A stretch of 47,096 bases of DNA, taken from IMG/VR virus record IMGVR_UViG_2802429246_000002, one strand, 5' to 3'. Origin of the DNA: a virus (Duplodnaviria; Heunggongvirae; Uroviricota; Caudoviricetes). A program made the position numbers and the translations under genes. Shown here piece after piece: positions 18,381-27,921 of the stretch (positions are counted from its first letter, which is position 1; the number at the start of each line of letters is the position of its first letter). The notes beneath the pieces are model-generated. The model had not been told where the DNA came from. It searched no databases and saw only the letters and a program-made list of their open reading frames with translations.

Positions 18381-20851
18381 CAGAATCCCCCAACAGTAAG
18401 GCGAGGAATAACGGCAAGAACAGACAGCGGCAACGGGTCAAGCTGACGGATTTTTACACGTCCGTTTTTGCCCCAGTTACTGTCCAGTTTCACTTCTACT
18501 TTTCCGGTAGCATCATCAACAGGATCATCGTAGAACTCGAATTCACGCTGTGGATATTCGTACCATTTACCGCCAGGCGTAGTCGCCCAGATGCCGCGGC
18601 TGGCATTCACAACCAGAGTAACGGAGGGGATCACCTGTTTTTTGTCCAGCAGCGTTTCCTGTCCGTTAATGTTGATATCCAGTGTTTCGAATTCAGCAGT
18701 TATTGGCAGACCGATGTGCACTACAGCCCCCGGAGATTCCAGCGTGACGGCACCTCCGGAAACAACTTTCTGTGGCTCAACATTCGCATCAGAAAGAATG
18801 TTTACGGTCTGTCCTTCAAGATGAGACAGGCCTCCAAATGTCCGGCGCGCCATCTGCCAGTTCGTGGTGGCCGCATTCCTGAGGGATGGCGGGAGGTTCC
18901 TGTTGGCACGAACCACTACAGCGGTATTGCTGGTTACAGAAATAATGTCGCAACGTAATTCTTTTGACACTTCATCGCCAGTATCAGGATCAGTTCCAGC
19001 ATAAGGGAACTGTAGTTGCGCACCGACATCACTACTGGTGAAGTACGCACCACCAGAAACACTGATTGTATATTCCGCGCGGTAATCCCATTCACCAGAA
19101 CCACCAGTGATGGTCATCGTTCTGTCAGACGTATTTCTTCCATCATAGCTAAGGCCAGAATCAACAAAGAAAGCGTCTTCATCGCTGGTAAATAAACGGC
19201 TGGACAGTCTCTCGATGTATCTCACTGCTTGCCCGTTAACGGTTCGGTTAACGACGAAATACACCGCATCTTCATTGCCTTCGCTGATACTGCATGTGCT
19301 TTCATATTTTCCGGTACTGGACTGTGGTGCCCATGCAAAAACCTGCTGATCACGCAAATAGGTCATCACCAGTAATTTACCGTCATCACGAATGCAGAAG
19401 GCGCTGGAGTAAGGGACAATCGAGAAGCACCAGTCAACAATGCTGTGCTTCTGAAAAAGATGATTGGCAAGGATGGTCAGGTCGTTCCCCTGATAGCCGT
19501 CAACATCGAATGAGTAGGCCAGATCACGGACAACGCTGCCTTTCTCCTGGACGAACAAAGCAATATTCGCCACGGCAATTGGCGGGACGTTGCTTGAGCC
19601 ATTTGATCCCTGAGAGCTGAATGCAAATGATGATGGGGTTAACACTTTGTTCTGGTCGCCGGTGATGACGTACTCACCTCCGGAAGTCAGCGCCACCAGC
19701 GAACCAACATCAATCAGGTGACGGATCTCATTAACCTGACGCCCGGCATAGGTGTAGATAATTCTGTCGTCATCCTGCGTAGGATTGCTTTTGCCAAAAT
19801 CCTTATAATCCCCAGTACGGCTGGCCCAGATAGTCTGAGGGAACGCAGTCGATGCGGCGAAGTAAAGACGTTGTTGATAATAAACAACAGTGCCAGGATA
19901 ACCATTAACACTGTTCCAGGCATATTTAGCCCATTTATAGCTGGCATTATCCTCGCCAACGACCTGCGAAGGGATATAGGAAATCACCTCAGCAGTTGCA
20001 GTAGTGCCATTTACAGCAGTTATACGGGCAATGCCAAAACCACTGTGCAGATACTCCCACTCAATGCCAGTATCATCATCACCGGATCCGCCCCAGCCAT
20101 CCCATGATGTGCCTTCTGTATGCGAAGGGCGCAAAGTGCCTGTTTTGCCTGCTGTAACGGCGCGATAGTAGTTACTGTCTGCACGGCGAATATCACCAAT
20201 CGACGTACTCTTACTGGTTTCCCATACCGGCACTGAATCCACTGCAGGCTGTTCCAGATAGAACAATTTGCCTACCTGCTCCGCGCCAAAAATAGAGGCG
20301 CTTGCCGTTAACGTAATTGTCCCGGTGCTGGCGCTGGCATAAACCGTCACTGACTCGTCAATATTGATATCTTCAAATGGCCCGTTCTTCGTTACCACAT
20401 CAACCAGTTGCCAGTTGTCATGAGCATAGCGGCGCAACTCTTTCGGCGGGTATGCCGGATGAACCAGCGTAAGCACGTCGGCGCTTTGCGTGAATTTAAT
20501 TCGGAACAGATCGGCTTCAGTATATGGCGTGGCAATTTCATAAATAACATTGCTGCTGTTCAGCACCAACGCACCATCTTTGATAACGCGCATGTACTGG
20601 TGTCCGAACTCCAGAGCATAGGTCTGAACAGTCGAGAACTGGAACGGGATCAGGCGGCATTTCCGATTTGGGTATTTGGCGGCACCGACAAAACGCGTAC
20701 CCGGTCGATTCTCAACGCCGCCATACTGCCGCACGATAAAGTTATCGCACTTGCGCAAAGCCACCTGGTACTTCGCCATGTCGATACGACCGTACAACGA
20801 CGGTCCAATCTCACCACCGGCAAAGCTGGGCTGGATCCAACTGATAGCCAT
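18380..20851 (-). CDS. Tail tubular protein B-like (podovirus nozzle protein)
   Basis: 823 aa; N-terminus MAISWIQPSFAGGEIGPSLYGRID typical of podoviral tail tube B-type proteins; follows a tail tubular A-like gene. Confidence 0.6.
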   Translation of the reverse strand: MAISWIQPSFAGGEIGPSLYGRIDMAKYQVALRKCDNFIVRQYGGVENRPGTRFVGAAKYPNRKCRLIPFQFSTVQTYALEFGHQYMRVIKDGALVLNSSNVIYEIATPYTEADLFRIKFTQSADVLTLVHPAYPPKELRRYAHDNWQLVDVVTKNGPFEDINIDESVTVYASASTGTITLTASASIFGAEQVGKLFYLEQPAVDSVPVWETSKSTSIGDIRRADSNYYRAVTAGKTGTLRPSHTEGTSWDGWGGSGDDDTGIEWEYLHSGFGIARITAVNGTTATAEVISYIPSQVVGEDNASYKWAKYAWNSVNGYPGTVVYYQQRLYFAASTAFPQTIWASRTGDYKDFGKSNPTQDDDRIIYTYAGRQVNEIRHLIDVGSLVALTSGGEYVITGDQNKVLTPSSFAFSSQGSNGSSNVPPIAVANIALFVQEKGSVVRDLAYSFDVDGYQGNDLTILANHLFQKHSIVDWCFSIVPYSSAFCIRDDGKLLVMTYLRDQQVFAWAPQSSTGKYESTCSISEGNEDAVYFVVNRTVNGQAVRYIERLSSRLFTSDEDAFFVDSGLSYDGRNTSDRTMTITGGSGEWDYRAEYTISVSGGAYFTSSDVGAQLQFPYAGTDPDTGDEVSKELRCDIISVTSNTAVVVRANRNLPPSLRNAATTNWQMARRTFGGLSHLEGQTVNILSDANVEPQKVVSGGAVTLESPGAVVHIGLPITAEFETLDININGQETLLDKKQVIPSVTLVVNASRGIWATTPGGKWYEYPQREFEFYDDPVDDATGKVEVKLDSNWGKNGRVKIRQLDPLPLSVLAVIPRLTVGGF

Positions 20852-21456
20852 CAGGACAACCTCGCAATAGTAAACTCGTCAACCGGTGGCTGTGGTTCCT
20901 GTGATTCATTCTGGCTATGCGAGCCAGCACTAAGAATCACGCGATTGTACATATTGAGGGCAAACGTACCGAGGTCTGCATTCCCAGTCAGCGCCATGTT
21001 AATAGCTGCCGCAAGACGCCAGGCCAACGCCTCCATAAAAATGGCATCAAACATGTTCACATCTGAAACGCGAGAGACATACTTGAGCCATGCCTGAGGC
21101 TGGTCTGTGTAGATCAACTTTCCTGTTCCGTTGGTGTCTGCACCAACTTCGTACTGAACGCGCATTGCTGCTGTTGGATTGCGTACACCAGGAAGCATAA
21201 TTTCAGTAATGCGCAGACAATCTGACGGGTACTGATACGCATATTCCCAGTCAGGCGGTGGATTGCTCGTATCTGCAAGCGCCACGCGTTTGGTAGCAAA
21301 GTTCCAGTCAAAATCAGAAAGCACAGCATCACGGCAGGCCTCAAAGTGCAGCGAACATTCCCCCGCTTCCTTGCTGGCTTCCTTCAGGCTGTTAATGCTG
21401 CGGCTATTGCCAATATTGGACAGCGCACGATTGCAGATCTCTACTACAGAGGCCAT
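20851..21456 (-). CDS. Tail tubular protein A-like / head-tail adaptor
   Basis: 201 aa; N-terminal VEICNRALSNIGNSRSINSLKE pattern resembles T7 gp11-type adaptors (from memory). Confidence 0.5.
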   Translation of the reverse strand: MASVVEICNRALSNIGNSRSINSLKEASKEAGECSLHFEACRDAVLSDFDWNFATKRVALADTSNPPPDWEYAYQYPSDCLRITEIMLPGVRNPTAAMRVQYEVGADTNGTGKLIYTDQPQAWLKYVSRVSDVNMFDAIFMEALAWRLAAAINMALTGNADLGTFALNMYNRVILSAGSHSQNESQEPQPPVDEFTIARLS

Positions 21457-21785
21457 TACTCACCCCCATTGCCGTACAGGGTTTCAGCCGCTGATTTTTC
21501 TACATCCCCGGAAACAGGAGCGATCGCCATATCAGTGATCTGCAGATCGGCGCTGCGATTAACACCATCGTCAGTTTCTCTGGCAGACAGGCCTCGAATA
21601 ACAGCCTTTGCAGTTATCATCTCTTCTGTTCCGACGCCCTGAGGTTGCGCCTTCAGCTTATTCAATGTGTCGTTATTCAGCGTGATGCACAGCCCCCACG
21701 GGTATTCATCGCGAGTTCTGGTTTCTCCGCTCTCATCCTGGTAGCTGTCAGTGCCGGTTTTGAGGTTTACGAGTTCCATATACAC
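21456..21785 (-). CDS. Hypothetical virion protein
   Basis: 109 aa ORF in structural operon; start overlaps upstream stop. Confidence 0.4.
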   Translation of the reverse strand: MYMELVNLKTGTDSYQDESGETRTRDEYPWGLCITLNNDTLNKLKAQPQGVGTEEMITAKAVIRGLSARETDDGVNRSADLQITDMAIAPVSGDVEKSAAETLYGNGGE

Positions 21786-21829
21786 TCCTGCAATAAAGGG
21801 GCCGAAGCCCCTTGTCGGATTCGCGAGGC

Positions 21830-22174
21830 TTACACGCCCAGTTCTTTACGCTTATCTGCGATCTTCTCGCGGAGCGTTTCGGCTTTGGCGTTATGGTGTG
21901 GCTTCTCGTTAAAGAGCAATTCGTACTCTTCACGGAGCTTATCCAGTTCACCATCATCTGACACATCGTTGATGATTTTGGTGCTGGTTGCTGCCATAGA
22001 CACCTTTCCTGCTACCTTTGCTTTTGCCTGTCTGGCTGCATCGTTAACAGGTTCCAGTGCGCTACCAGGCTCACCTTCGTATTCGATTTCTGCCCCCTCC
22101 GGCCACAGTGTGTTATGGATATGAGAGAGGCGCAGAACGCGGTATCTTGGTTTCTCACCTGACATCGATATCAC
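21830..22174 (-). CDS. Hypothetical head-associated protein
   Basis: 114 aa ORF in structural operon, charged C-terminal helix. Confidence 0.4.
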   Translation of the reverse strand: MISMSGEKPRYRVLRLSHIHNTLWPEGAEIEYEGEPGSALEPVNDAARQAKAKVAGKVSMAATSTKIINDVSDDGELDKLREEYELLFNEKPHHNAKAETLREKIADKRKELGV

Positions 22175-22175
22175 C

Positions 22176-22613
22176 TTAACCAGTTACTTTTGAGCGGATC
22201 GGGTACGGCGTATTGGCATCAACATCAAGACTGATACCCGCAGTGAATTCGCCAGCCGTTAGTGGGCCAGTTGCGACGGAGTAGTTAACACGCAGATATC
22301 GCTGAACACCGGCAGGCACCTTTGCAGAAACAACTCGTTTACCTGCTGTCAGGGTGGTCTTTGCCAGTGCGCCACTATCATAAATAGTGGTCCATGAGCT
22401 GTTATTCTCACTCGTCTGCAACTGGATGTTTACAGTTGCATCACCGCTTGCCGCGGCGGCTGTGTTAACCAGCGCCCAAAATTCAAGCGGGTAACCCACG
22501 CCGATATCACGACGTTTTCCGTCAATTGGACCGAGATCGATTACGTCAGTAGAAGCCGCGGTATTCGTAACCGCCTGAGCTTCGGAGAACATCAACAGTT
22601 TGTCGGTGATCAT
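22176..22613 (-). CDS. Putative capsid decoration protein
   Basis: 145 aa, beta-rich composition, immediately downstream of major capsid gene. Confidence 0.45.
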   Translation of the reverse strand: MITDKLLMFSEAQAVTNTAASTDVIDLGPIDGKRRDIGVGYPLEFWALVNTAAAASGDATVNIQLQTSENNSSWTTIYDSGALAKTTLTAGKRVVSAKVPAGVQRYLRVNYSVATGPLTAGEFTAGISLDVDANTPYPIRSKVTG

Positions 22614-22664
22614 CTTCTTTCTCCATTAGTGGGTCTGTTACGACCCACAGGTTAATAACAGGCG

Positions 22665-23657
22665 TTACACCACGCGGGCTTCTGTTTCCAGAAGCGCATC
22701 AGTTTCACGGATTGGTACACCACGGAATGAAGTCCACCACTCGCCTTCAGTCTCTTTTACGCTGATAGCCAGAGATGTTTTCTCCAGAGACTGTAGATCA
22801 AGAGCCTGGCCTACAGTGCGGTTCATGTAGAACACCGGGCGGCCCATGCCACGGTTTGGAATGCGATGCAGTGCTTTAACCATCAACTTCGCAATATTTG
22901 CGGCAGAGGAAGGTTCTGAAAGATTGCTGACATCGATGTTTGCAATGCGAACAACATAACGCCAGTCACGCAGAGCAAGTCCGTTGTCCCATTTGTAATG
23001 GGTACGGTAGCCTTCGTACTTGCCGCCATTCGCATCTTCCAGTGTCACCTGGCCTTTATCTTCCATCTGGATGCCAGCCTTCTGCCCTTTCGGGAAGATG
23101 CCATGCACGGTGTTTTCGCCCCACACCACTAACCAGATTGAGGTGTTATCTGTACCCGTGCCACCAGCATCAATGATGTTCTGAGCATTACCCGCAGACA
23201 GGCTGGAATAGCGGGAGGACAAACCCATAAACTGCTGAGGGTTAACGCTGGAATCACCATAAAACAACGTCTGCGCCATCTGCTGATTCATCGCTTCAAT
23301 AAATGCGCGGTCTTCAGACAGGCGGAATTCGGCGGTATTACCGTTCAGATCAGCCAGTGACTTATCGACTTCAGCATAGGTTTCCAACATGCCAACGGAA
23401 TCGGTGACCTGCACTGTGGTTGATTTGCTTGGTTGTACGCCATAGTTCAGCAAACGCCAGGTAGCTGAAGGTAAACCAGAACGAATGGTGGTTCGGTGTC
23501 CGGTAGGAAGGTTCCCTTCGACAAAAGGCATATCCTGAAGGATCGGGTTAGTTTGACCGAGAAGCTCGATAATCTTATCGACTTTCCCGTTTGGATCGAC
23601 GCGCTTACCCCAGTCAGCCAGCGTTAGCGCAGTTAAGCCTTTAACAGCCATTGTCAT
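22665..23657 (-). CDS. Major capsid protein (HK97-fold)
   Basis: 330 aa; position after scaffold; typical size and sequence character of podovirus major capsid proteins. Confidence 0.75.
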   Translation of the reverse strand: MTMAVKGLTALTLADWGKRVDPNGKVDKIIELLGQTNPILQDMPFVEGNLPTGHRTTIRSGLPSATWRLLNYGVQPSKSTTVQVTDSVGMLETYAEVDKSLADLNGNTAEFRLSEDRAFIEAMNQQMAQTLFYGDSSVNPQQFMGLSSRYSSLSAGNAQNIIDAGGTGTDNTSIWLVVWGENTVHGIFPKGQKAGIQMEDKGQVTLEDANGGKYEGYRTHYKWDNGLALRDWRYVVRIANIDVSNLSEPSSAANIAKLMVKALHRIPNRGMGRPVFYMNRTVGQALDLQSLEKTSLAISVKETEGEWWTSFRGVPIRETDALLETEARVV

Positions 23658-23665
23658 TTCCTCTC

Positions 23666-24361
23666 TTATTTGCCATAGAGCACTTCGGCCGCACTACGCT
23701 GGCCTTCATTACCACCGGTGACCATGCCATCTTCAGACATCGCCTTTCCGATTTTCACGAACGTTTTGACCAGATCAGGGTGATTACCCAGCCCGGTGGT
23801 GTTCAGATATTCTTTGAGTTCAGGTGTCCCGAACTGGTCAAGCGCACGCTGTGCGGCGCTAAGGTTAGAAATCAACTTGTCGCCACCGATTTCTTTGTCA
23901 GCTTTTACATCCGCAGCCCACTGCTCGGTTGTTTTCTGCCAGGCTTCTGCCTGGCGCTGCTGAACACCTGCCAGAATCTTCGGATAAGCATCAACCAGCT
24001 TTTGCGCTTGCTCGTTGGTCAGGTTAAGTTCTCGCGCCACCGGCTCGAATTCCTTCAACGCTTCTGTATCCAGCTCTACGCCTTCGGCAGCCTGAAACTC
24101 GTACTTCTCAGGCGCACCCTCTGGTTTATCGCCGCCCTTTTTTTCATCCTGCTTATCGTTTTCAGGCTTTTTGTCATCAGCAGGTTTATCGCCATCAGCA
24201 ACAGGTTGTGGCTTATCGCCTTCCTGTTGTGATGGATCACCAACTGGAGCAGGGGTATCACCTGCAGGCGCTGACGGTTCTGACGCAGCCGGAGCTGCTC
24301 CACCATCGACTGGTTGCTCATTGCAAAGACGGCGATACAGCAAACGCTCAAATAAATTCAT
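23666..24361 (-). CDS. Putative scaffolding protein
   Basis: Acidic, Pro/Ala/Asp/Lys-rich low-complexity N-region and helical C-region; between portal and capsid genes. Confidence 0.5.
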   Translation of the reverse strand: MNLFERLLYRRLCNEQPVDGGAAPAASEPSAPAGDTPAPVGDPSQQEGDKPQPVADGDKPADDKKPENDKQDEKKGGDKPEGAPEKYEFQAAEGVELDTEALKEFEPVARELNLTNEQAQKLVDAYPKILAGVQQRQAEAWQKTTEQWAADVKADKEIGGDKLISNLSAAQRALDQFGTPELKEYLNTTGLGNHPDLVKTFVKIGKAMSEDGMVTGGNEGQRSAAEVLYGK

Positions 24362-24363
24362 GA

Positions 24364-24660
24364 TCACTCCTGTTCACTGGCCTCTTTGGCCATCTTCAAA
24401 TACTGTTCAGGGCAATGCGCCATAACGCGCTGAAACAGTTCCAGCGCCAGATTGCGTTGCCCCTCATTAAATGCCATTGCCATAGCGTCCATCGGTGAGA
24501 TAGCGGAAAACACACGGCCTTTCTCCAGCACCGACCAGACAACGCGACGCCCCTGTTCACTGCTCATGACAAAGCGAATGTCATCAATTTCACGCTGCGC
24601 CATGTCACGTTGCTTACGGGCGTTTTCTTCTTTCAGTTGATCGTCTTCGTAATCTGTCAT
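24364..24660 (-). CDS. Hypothetical head morphogenesis protein
   Basis: 98 aa ORF overlapping portal stop and scaffold start. Confidence 0.4.
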   Translation of the reverse strand: MTDYEDDQLKEENARKQRDMAQREIDDIRFVMSSEQGRRVVWSVLEKGRVFSAISPMDAMAMAFNEGQRNLALELFQRVMAHCPEQYLKMAKEASEQE

Positions 24661-26336
24661 TGTGATTGCCCACCCTGACCACTAACTGCATTCGCCATAG
24701 CTGACAAAACACTCGGATCCGAAGTTTTAGCTTCGCTTAGCGTCTTGGCACCCTGTGCCGCCGCCATCCCCATCGCCATCATTTGTTGCTGCTGTTGCTG
24801 CTGTGCCCGTTGCTGGCGAGCCTGCTCAACCTGTTCCTGCGGAACAATGACGGTTGGAGACACTCCGGACATATCAGCGAATGCATCGATCGCCTGATCA
24901 ACGTTGAGTTTGTCGAGAGCTTCTGGTTTCGCTTGCGCAAGTTGACCAATGAAGTTGACCGTAGACGCCAGACTGGACAAGCCGATAGACTTCTGCGCCT
25001 GAGCCATGACGGAAATGTATTCGACCTTCAGGGGCATACCTTCCATCGCGTCAGGCGGTGGCGGCAGCATGTTTTTACGCACCATCATCGAGAAAGCGCG
25101 GTCAATGAGAGGATTAAGACATTCGTCGTTCAGACGCTCCAGAACCGGCCCCAACATCAGAAGTTTTTCTTCTTTCATTTCGATCACCGCTTCAACAGGC
25201 ATCGAGCGGGTATTGATGTTCTGCAACATCATGAACAGATCGACAAAGTAGGCGCTGTTAATGATTTGACGAGTGTCCTGAATGTCTGCCACCAAATCTG
25301 CTGTACTGGGGTTAACCAGATAAGCAGGCCTGAAGCCATCCTGACCAGTAATCTGATCGATATACGTGATGTCGCCAGGAAGAAGGGAGGCGCGCTGATT
25401 CTTGAGGGAAGTCGGAGCAACCATCGGCGGATTGGTGGCTTTATCAATCAACTGCGACTTGCGCTTCTGGAGAAGCTGCAATGCCTTAACAGGTCCAAGC
25501 GCCAGCATACCCGGGCATGATGATCCATAAACATCTTCGCCGTTAACTTCCCAGCGCGGAGCCATAATTGGAAACTCATCGAATCCGGACTCACGCAACA
25601 ACTTGTCGTTATCGCCACCAACCTCGTAATAAACCGATTTGAATGGCTTGTTCTTGCTATCCAGCTTCGATGTATCGCGGTCAATGTTCGGGTAAACCGA
25701 ATGCATCACTTCAATCCACTTCTCGTAGGTGCCGCTTTCCCACATGCTTTTTACGGATTCGCTGACGTTATTTAGCCCGAACTCCTGAACAAGCTGACGA
25801 ACAGTCATAGAGAACTTACGAAAACATGTGTCCACACTGCCACGAGGTGAGTTAGCCAGGTAGTAACTACCTATCGGGAATGGCATTGTGCGAATTATGT
25901 CCTCGTCATCCTCCAGCACCGCCATTGCACCAGTGCTGTATGTGCCGAGGCTTCCGTATAACTGCGGAAGAGACTGGTAGAGATTCGACTTATTGAACAT
26001 ATCGTTCATGCGGTTCTGCACCGCCTCAAGCCACAACTTAACAGGGCCATAATCCATCATTTCAGGATCTGGCGTAGCCAGGCGAAACCACGGACGCGCG
26101 GGACTTGTGATGCCTGACATCATGCCGCTGGCGAGAGTGCGCGCCGCCATAGTCCCGGTCGAATCAATAATGCGTGTATTGCGTCGATCGTTACGGTTGA
26201 CCTCAGAAGTCAGAAAGCGGGAACCACGCGGGTTGATGTAATCACTCAACTCGCGCCAGTGCGGCTCGAACGACTGACGCTCGCTTTCAAGTTGTGCGAA
26301 CTGTTTGTTCAATCGCTCTTTAGTTGTTTCCGCCAT
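24657..26336 (-). CDS. Portal protein
   Basis: 559 aa; position after terminase module; Gln-rich C-terminal tail. Confidence 0.75.
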   Translation of the reverse strand: MAETTKERLNKQFAQLESERQSFEPHWRELSDYINPRGSRFLTSEVNRNDRRNTRIIDSTGTMAARTLASGMMSGITSPARPWFRLATPDPEMMDYGPVKLWLEAVQNRMNDMFNKSNLYQSLPQLYGSLGTYSTGAMAVLEDDEDIIRTMPFPIGSYYLANSPRGSVDTCFRKFSMTVRQLVQEFGLNNVSESVKSMWESGTYEKWIEVMHSVYPNIDRDTSKLDSKNKPFKSVYYEVGGDNDKLLRESGFDEFPIMAPRWEVNGEDVYGSSCPGMLALGPVKALQLLQKRKSQLIDKATNPPMVAPTSLKNQRASLLPGDITYIDQITGQDGFRPAYLVNPSTADLVADIQDTRQIINSAYFVDLFMMLQNINTRSMPVEAVIEMKEEKLLMLGPVLERLNDECLNPLIDRAFSMMVRKNMLPPPPDAMEGMPLKVEYISVMAQAQKSIGLSSLASTVNFIGQLAQAKPEALDKLNVDQAIDAFADMSGVSPTVIVPQEQVEQARQQRAQQQQQQQMMAMGMAAAQGAKTLSEAKTSDPSVLSAMANAVSGQGGQSQ

Positions 26337-26350
26337 TTCAATGACTCCGG

Positions 26351-26557
26351 TTACTGACCAAGCAGCGTTTTACCGCTGGTATTAGCGGTTGATGTGTCGC
26401 CCTGAGAACCGGTAAGCAGCGTAGAACTACGACCAGCAGCAGCGCGACGGCGACGAGTTTCTTCGTCGCGGGCATCAACAACGGCGGCATCCTGCTCCTG
26501 TGGTGCGGCCTGAACTTCTGGTGTTGCAGGCACTGATGGTGAGCTACCCATGCACAT
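26351..26557 (-). CDS. Small hypothetical protein upstream of portal (low-complexity)
   Basis: 68 aa ORF ending 15 bp before portal start; Ala/Arg-rich; coding status uncertain. Confidence 0.25.
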   Translation of the reverse strand: MCMGSSPSVPATPEVQAAPQEQDAAVVDARDEETRRRRAAAGRSSTLLTGSQGDTSTANTSGKTLLGQ

Positions 26558-26646
26558 ATCAATGACTCCGTACGCAATTAAATTATTACCAATTTAACCA
26601 CATATGATTTATTTATCGTAGATAGTTGACATTTAACGCACGAATT

Positions 26647-26663
26647 ATTACCTTTCAGGTAAC
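26647..26663. promoter_or_regulatory. 17-bp inverted repeat attacct-ttc-aggtaac (site D)
   Basis: Same motif family; upstream of the GC-rich structured region and tRNA. Confidence 0.5.
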
Positions 26664-26984
26664 CAAAGAGTTCATTCCGGTTACTAACCTGACTGGCTTG
26701 TCGTTAAATTGAACAGGTGGAGTGAGCTTTTATTTTGAGCAGTACGGCGTATGGCACATGCGCCGATAGCGGTCTGGATACGTTTAAGGGGCACCCTCCC
26801 TTGCTCGGGCAAACGAACCAGGTAGCCGGAATGTGCAAGTCGAGCGGTTTTATTCCGCGCACGGGGATTCACCATCCCGGCGATTCGGTGTGACACCTCG
26901 GAAGAGACGAGGGTACAACGATGAGGGCATTTATGGAGCCGCGACAAAGTGTGGTGCCTTAACAGGCTAAGTGCTCTCAGCGTT

Positions 26985-27061
26985 GTGGCATTAGCTCAGC
27001 TGGACAGAGCAACCGCCTTCTAAGCGGTTGGTCGCAGGTTCGAATCCTGCATGCCACGCCA
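26985..27061 (+). tRNA. tRNA-Arg (anticodon UCU), phage-encoded
   Basis: Manual fold: acceptor GTGGCAT/ATGCCAC, D-stem GCTC/GAGC, anticodon stem ACCGC/GCGGT with loop CTTCTAA, T-stem GCAGG/CCTGC with loop TTCGAAT, discriminator G, encoded CCA; sequence differs from E. coli argU. Confidence 0.85.
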
Positions 27062-27104
27062 GAATCACGCCTAAGGACCGTGATGCCAGAAGTTCCATGG
27101 GCTT

Positions 27105-27146
27105 GGCGGTGATGGTTTCCCTTGAAGGACTATCACCGCCCTTTTT
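27105..27146 (+). terminator. Rho-independent terminator downstream of tRNA (stem ggcggtgat/atcaccgcc + CTTTTT)
   Basis: 9-bp stem followed by T-run on plus strand. Confidence 0.55.
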
Positions 27147-27224
27147 ACAGCAGGACGCCATTGCGATGACTTCATGCTGTAAACCAGTACAGCCACGGAA
27201 GGCATAACTCATTGCTTCCAGTTC

Positions 27225-27248
27225 GCCCGGTTCGCCGGGCATTTTTTT
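27225..27248 (+). terminator. Rho-independent terminator (gcccgg-ttcg-ccgggc + T7)
   Basis: Perfect 6-bp GC stem with tetraloop followed by TTTTTTT. Confidence 0.65.
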
Positions 27249-27263
27249 GCCTGGTGACTGAAC

Positions 27264-27280
27264 GTTACCTTGAAGGTAAG
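27264..27280. promoter_or_regulatory. 17-bp inverted repeat gttacct-tga-aggtaag (site E)
   Basis: Core TTACCT-N3-AGGTAA intact; 32 bp upstream of the ATG at 27312. Confidence 0.5.
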
Positions 27281-27311
27281 ATAACAAAAACATTTAACAT
27301 CTGGTTTAGAC

Positions 27312-27917
27312 ATGTTCGAGCAATTTAAAGAGATCGCATCATCGGCTATTAGCACAACGTCAGAGAGAGTCCGCAACCCAGCACTTGGGGCATTTGTGTT
27401 TTCGTGGTGTTCTTTTAACTGGAATCCACTATTATTTTTATTCTTCAGTAAGTCAGGAATTGAAGAAAAAATAAATTATATATCTTCCCATAGTGATGCG
27501 TACCACTCACTCTTATATCCAGCTTTATGTGCATTCGCGCTGTGTGTAATAGTTCCATGGTTTAACAATATAGTGGTGATGTTTCAAAAAATTCCACTAC
27601 AGAACATCGATAACTTCAAACACAACAAAAGCCTCAGGGATGTTAAAAACGCCATAGAATTGCGTAAGCTTGAGGCACAAAGGGACATTACATACGACAG
27701 AGTTAAGGTTGAGTTTGAGTCTGAGATTCAATTCTATAAAAATGATTTAATCAAGCACCAAGAGTCTTTGAATTCTTTTTTGCAGGAAAGAGATTCCCTT
27801 ATTGAAAAAATAATGGCGCTTGAAAAAGAACTTGCAGAAGAAAAAATAAAATCCAATACCAGAATTGCAAATAAGTTTAACTCAAGGAACAATCGCAACA
27901 CAGACAATGCTGCTTAA
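27312..27917 (+). CDS. Cargo membrane protein: two N-terminal TM helices + C-terminal coiled coil (unknown function)
   Basis: 201 aa; about 35% GC; opposite strand to flanking terminase and portal genes; preceded by operator-like site. Confidence 0.65.
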   Translation: MFEQFKEIASSAISTTSERVRNPALGAFVFSWCSFNWNPLLFLFFSKSGIEEKINYISSHSDAYHSLLYPALCAFALCVIVPWFNNIVVMFQKIPLQNIDNFKHNKSLRDVKNAIELRKLEAQRDITYDRVKVEFESEIQFYKNDLIKHQESLNSFLQERDSLIEKIMALEKELAEEKIKSNTRIANKFNSRNNRNTDNAA

Positions 27918-27921
27918 AACT

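Noticed and set aside
11205-20851. Interpretation as a lambdoid siphovirus tail (tape measure or tail tube)
   Set aside because: There is no tape-measure-like gene with its chaperone pair; the gene set (tail tubular A/B-like proteins plus three large internal proteins and a tailspike) fits a short-tailed podovirus.
20408-21097. 229-aa plus-strand ORF overlapping tail tubular genes
   Set aside because: Antisense shadow ORF spanning two well-supported minus-strand structural genes.
24783-25520. 245-aa plus-strand ORF inside the portal gene
   Set aside because: Antisense to the portal coding frame; His/Arg-rich translation typical of reverse-frame artefacts.
26684-26947. 87-aa minus-strand ORF in the GC-rich region upstream of the tRNA
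   Set aside because: Arg-rich, no RBS, and it overlaps a hairpin-dense region more consistent with structured RNA or leader sequence.
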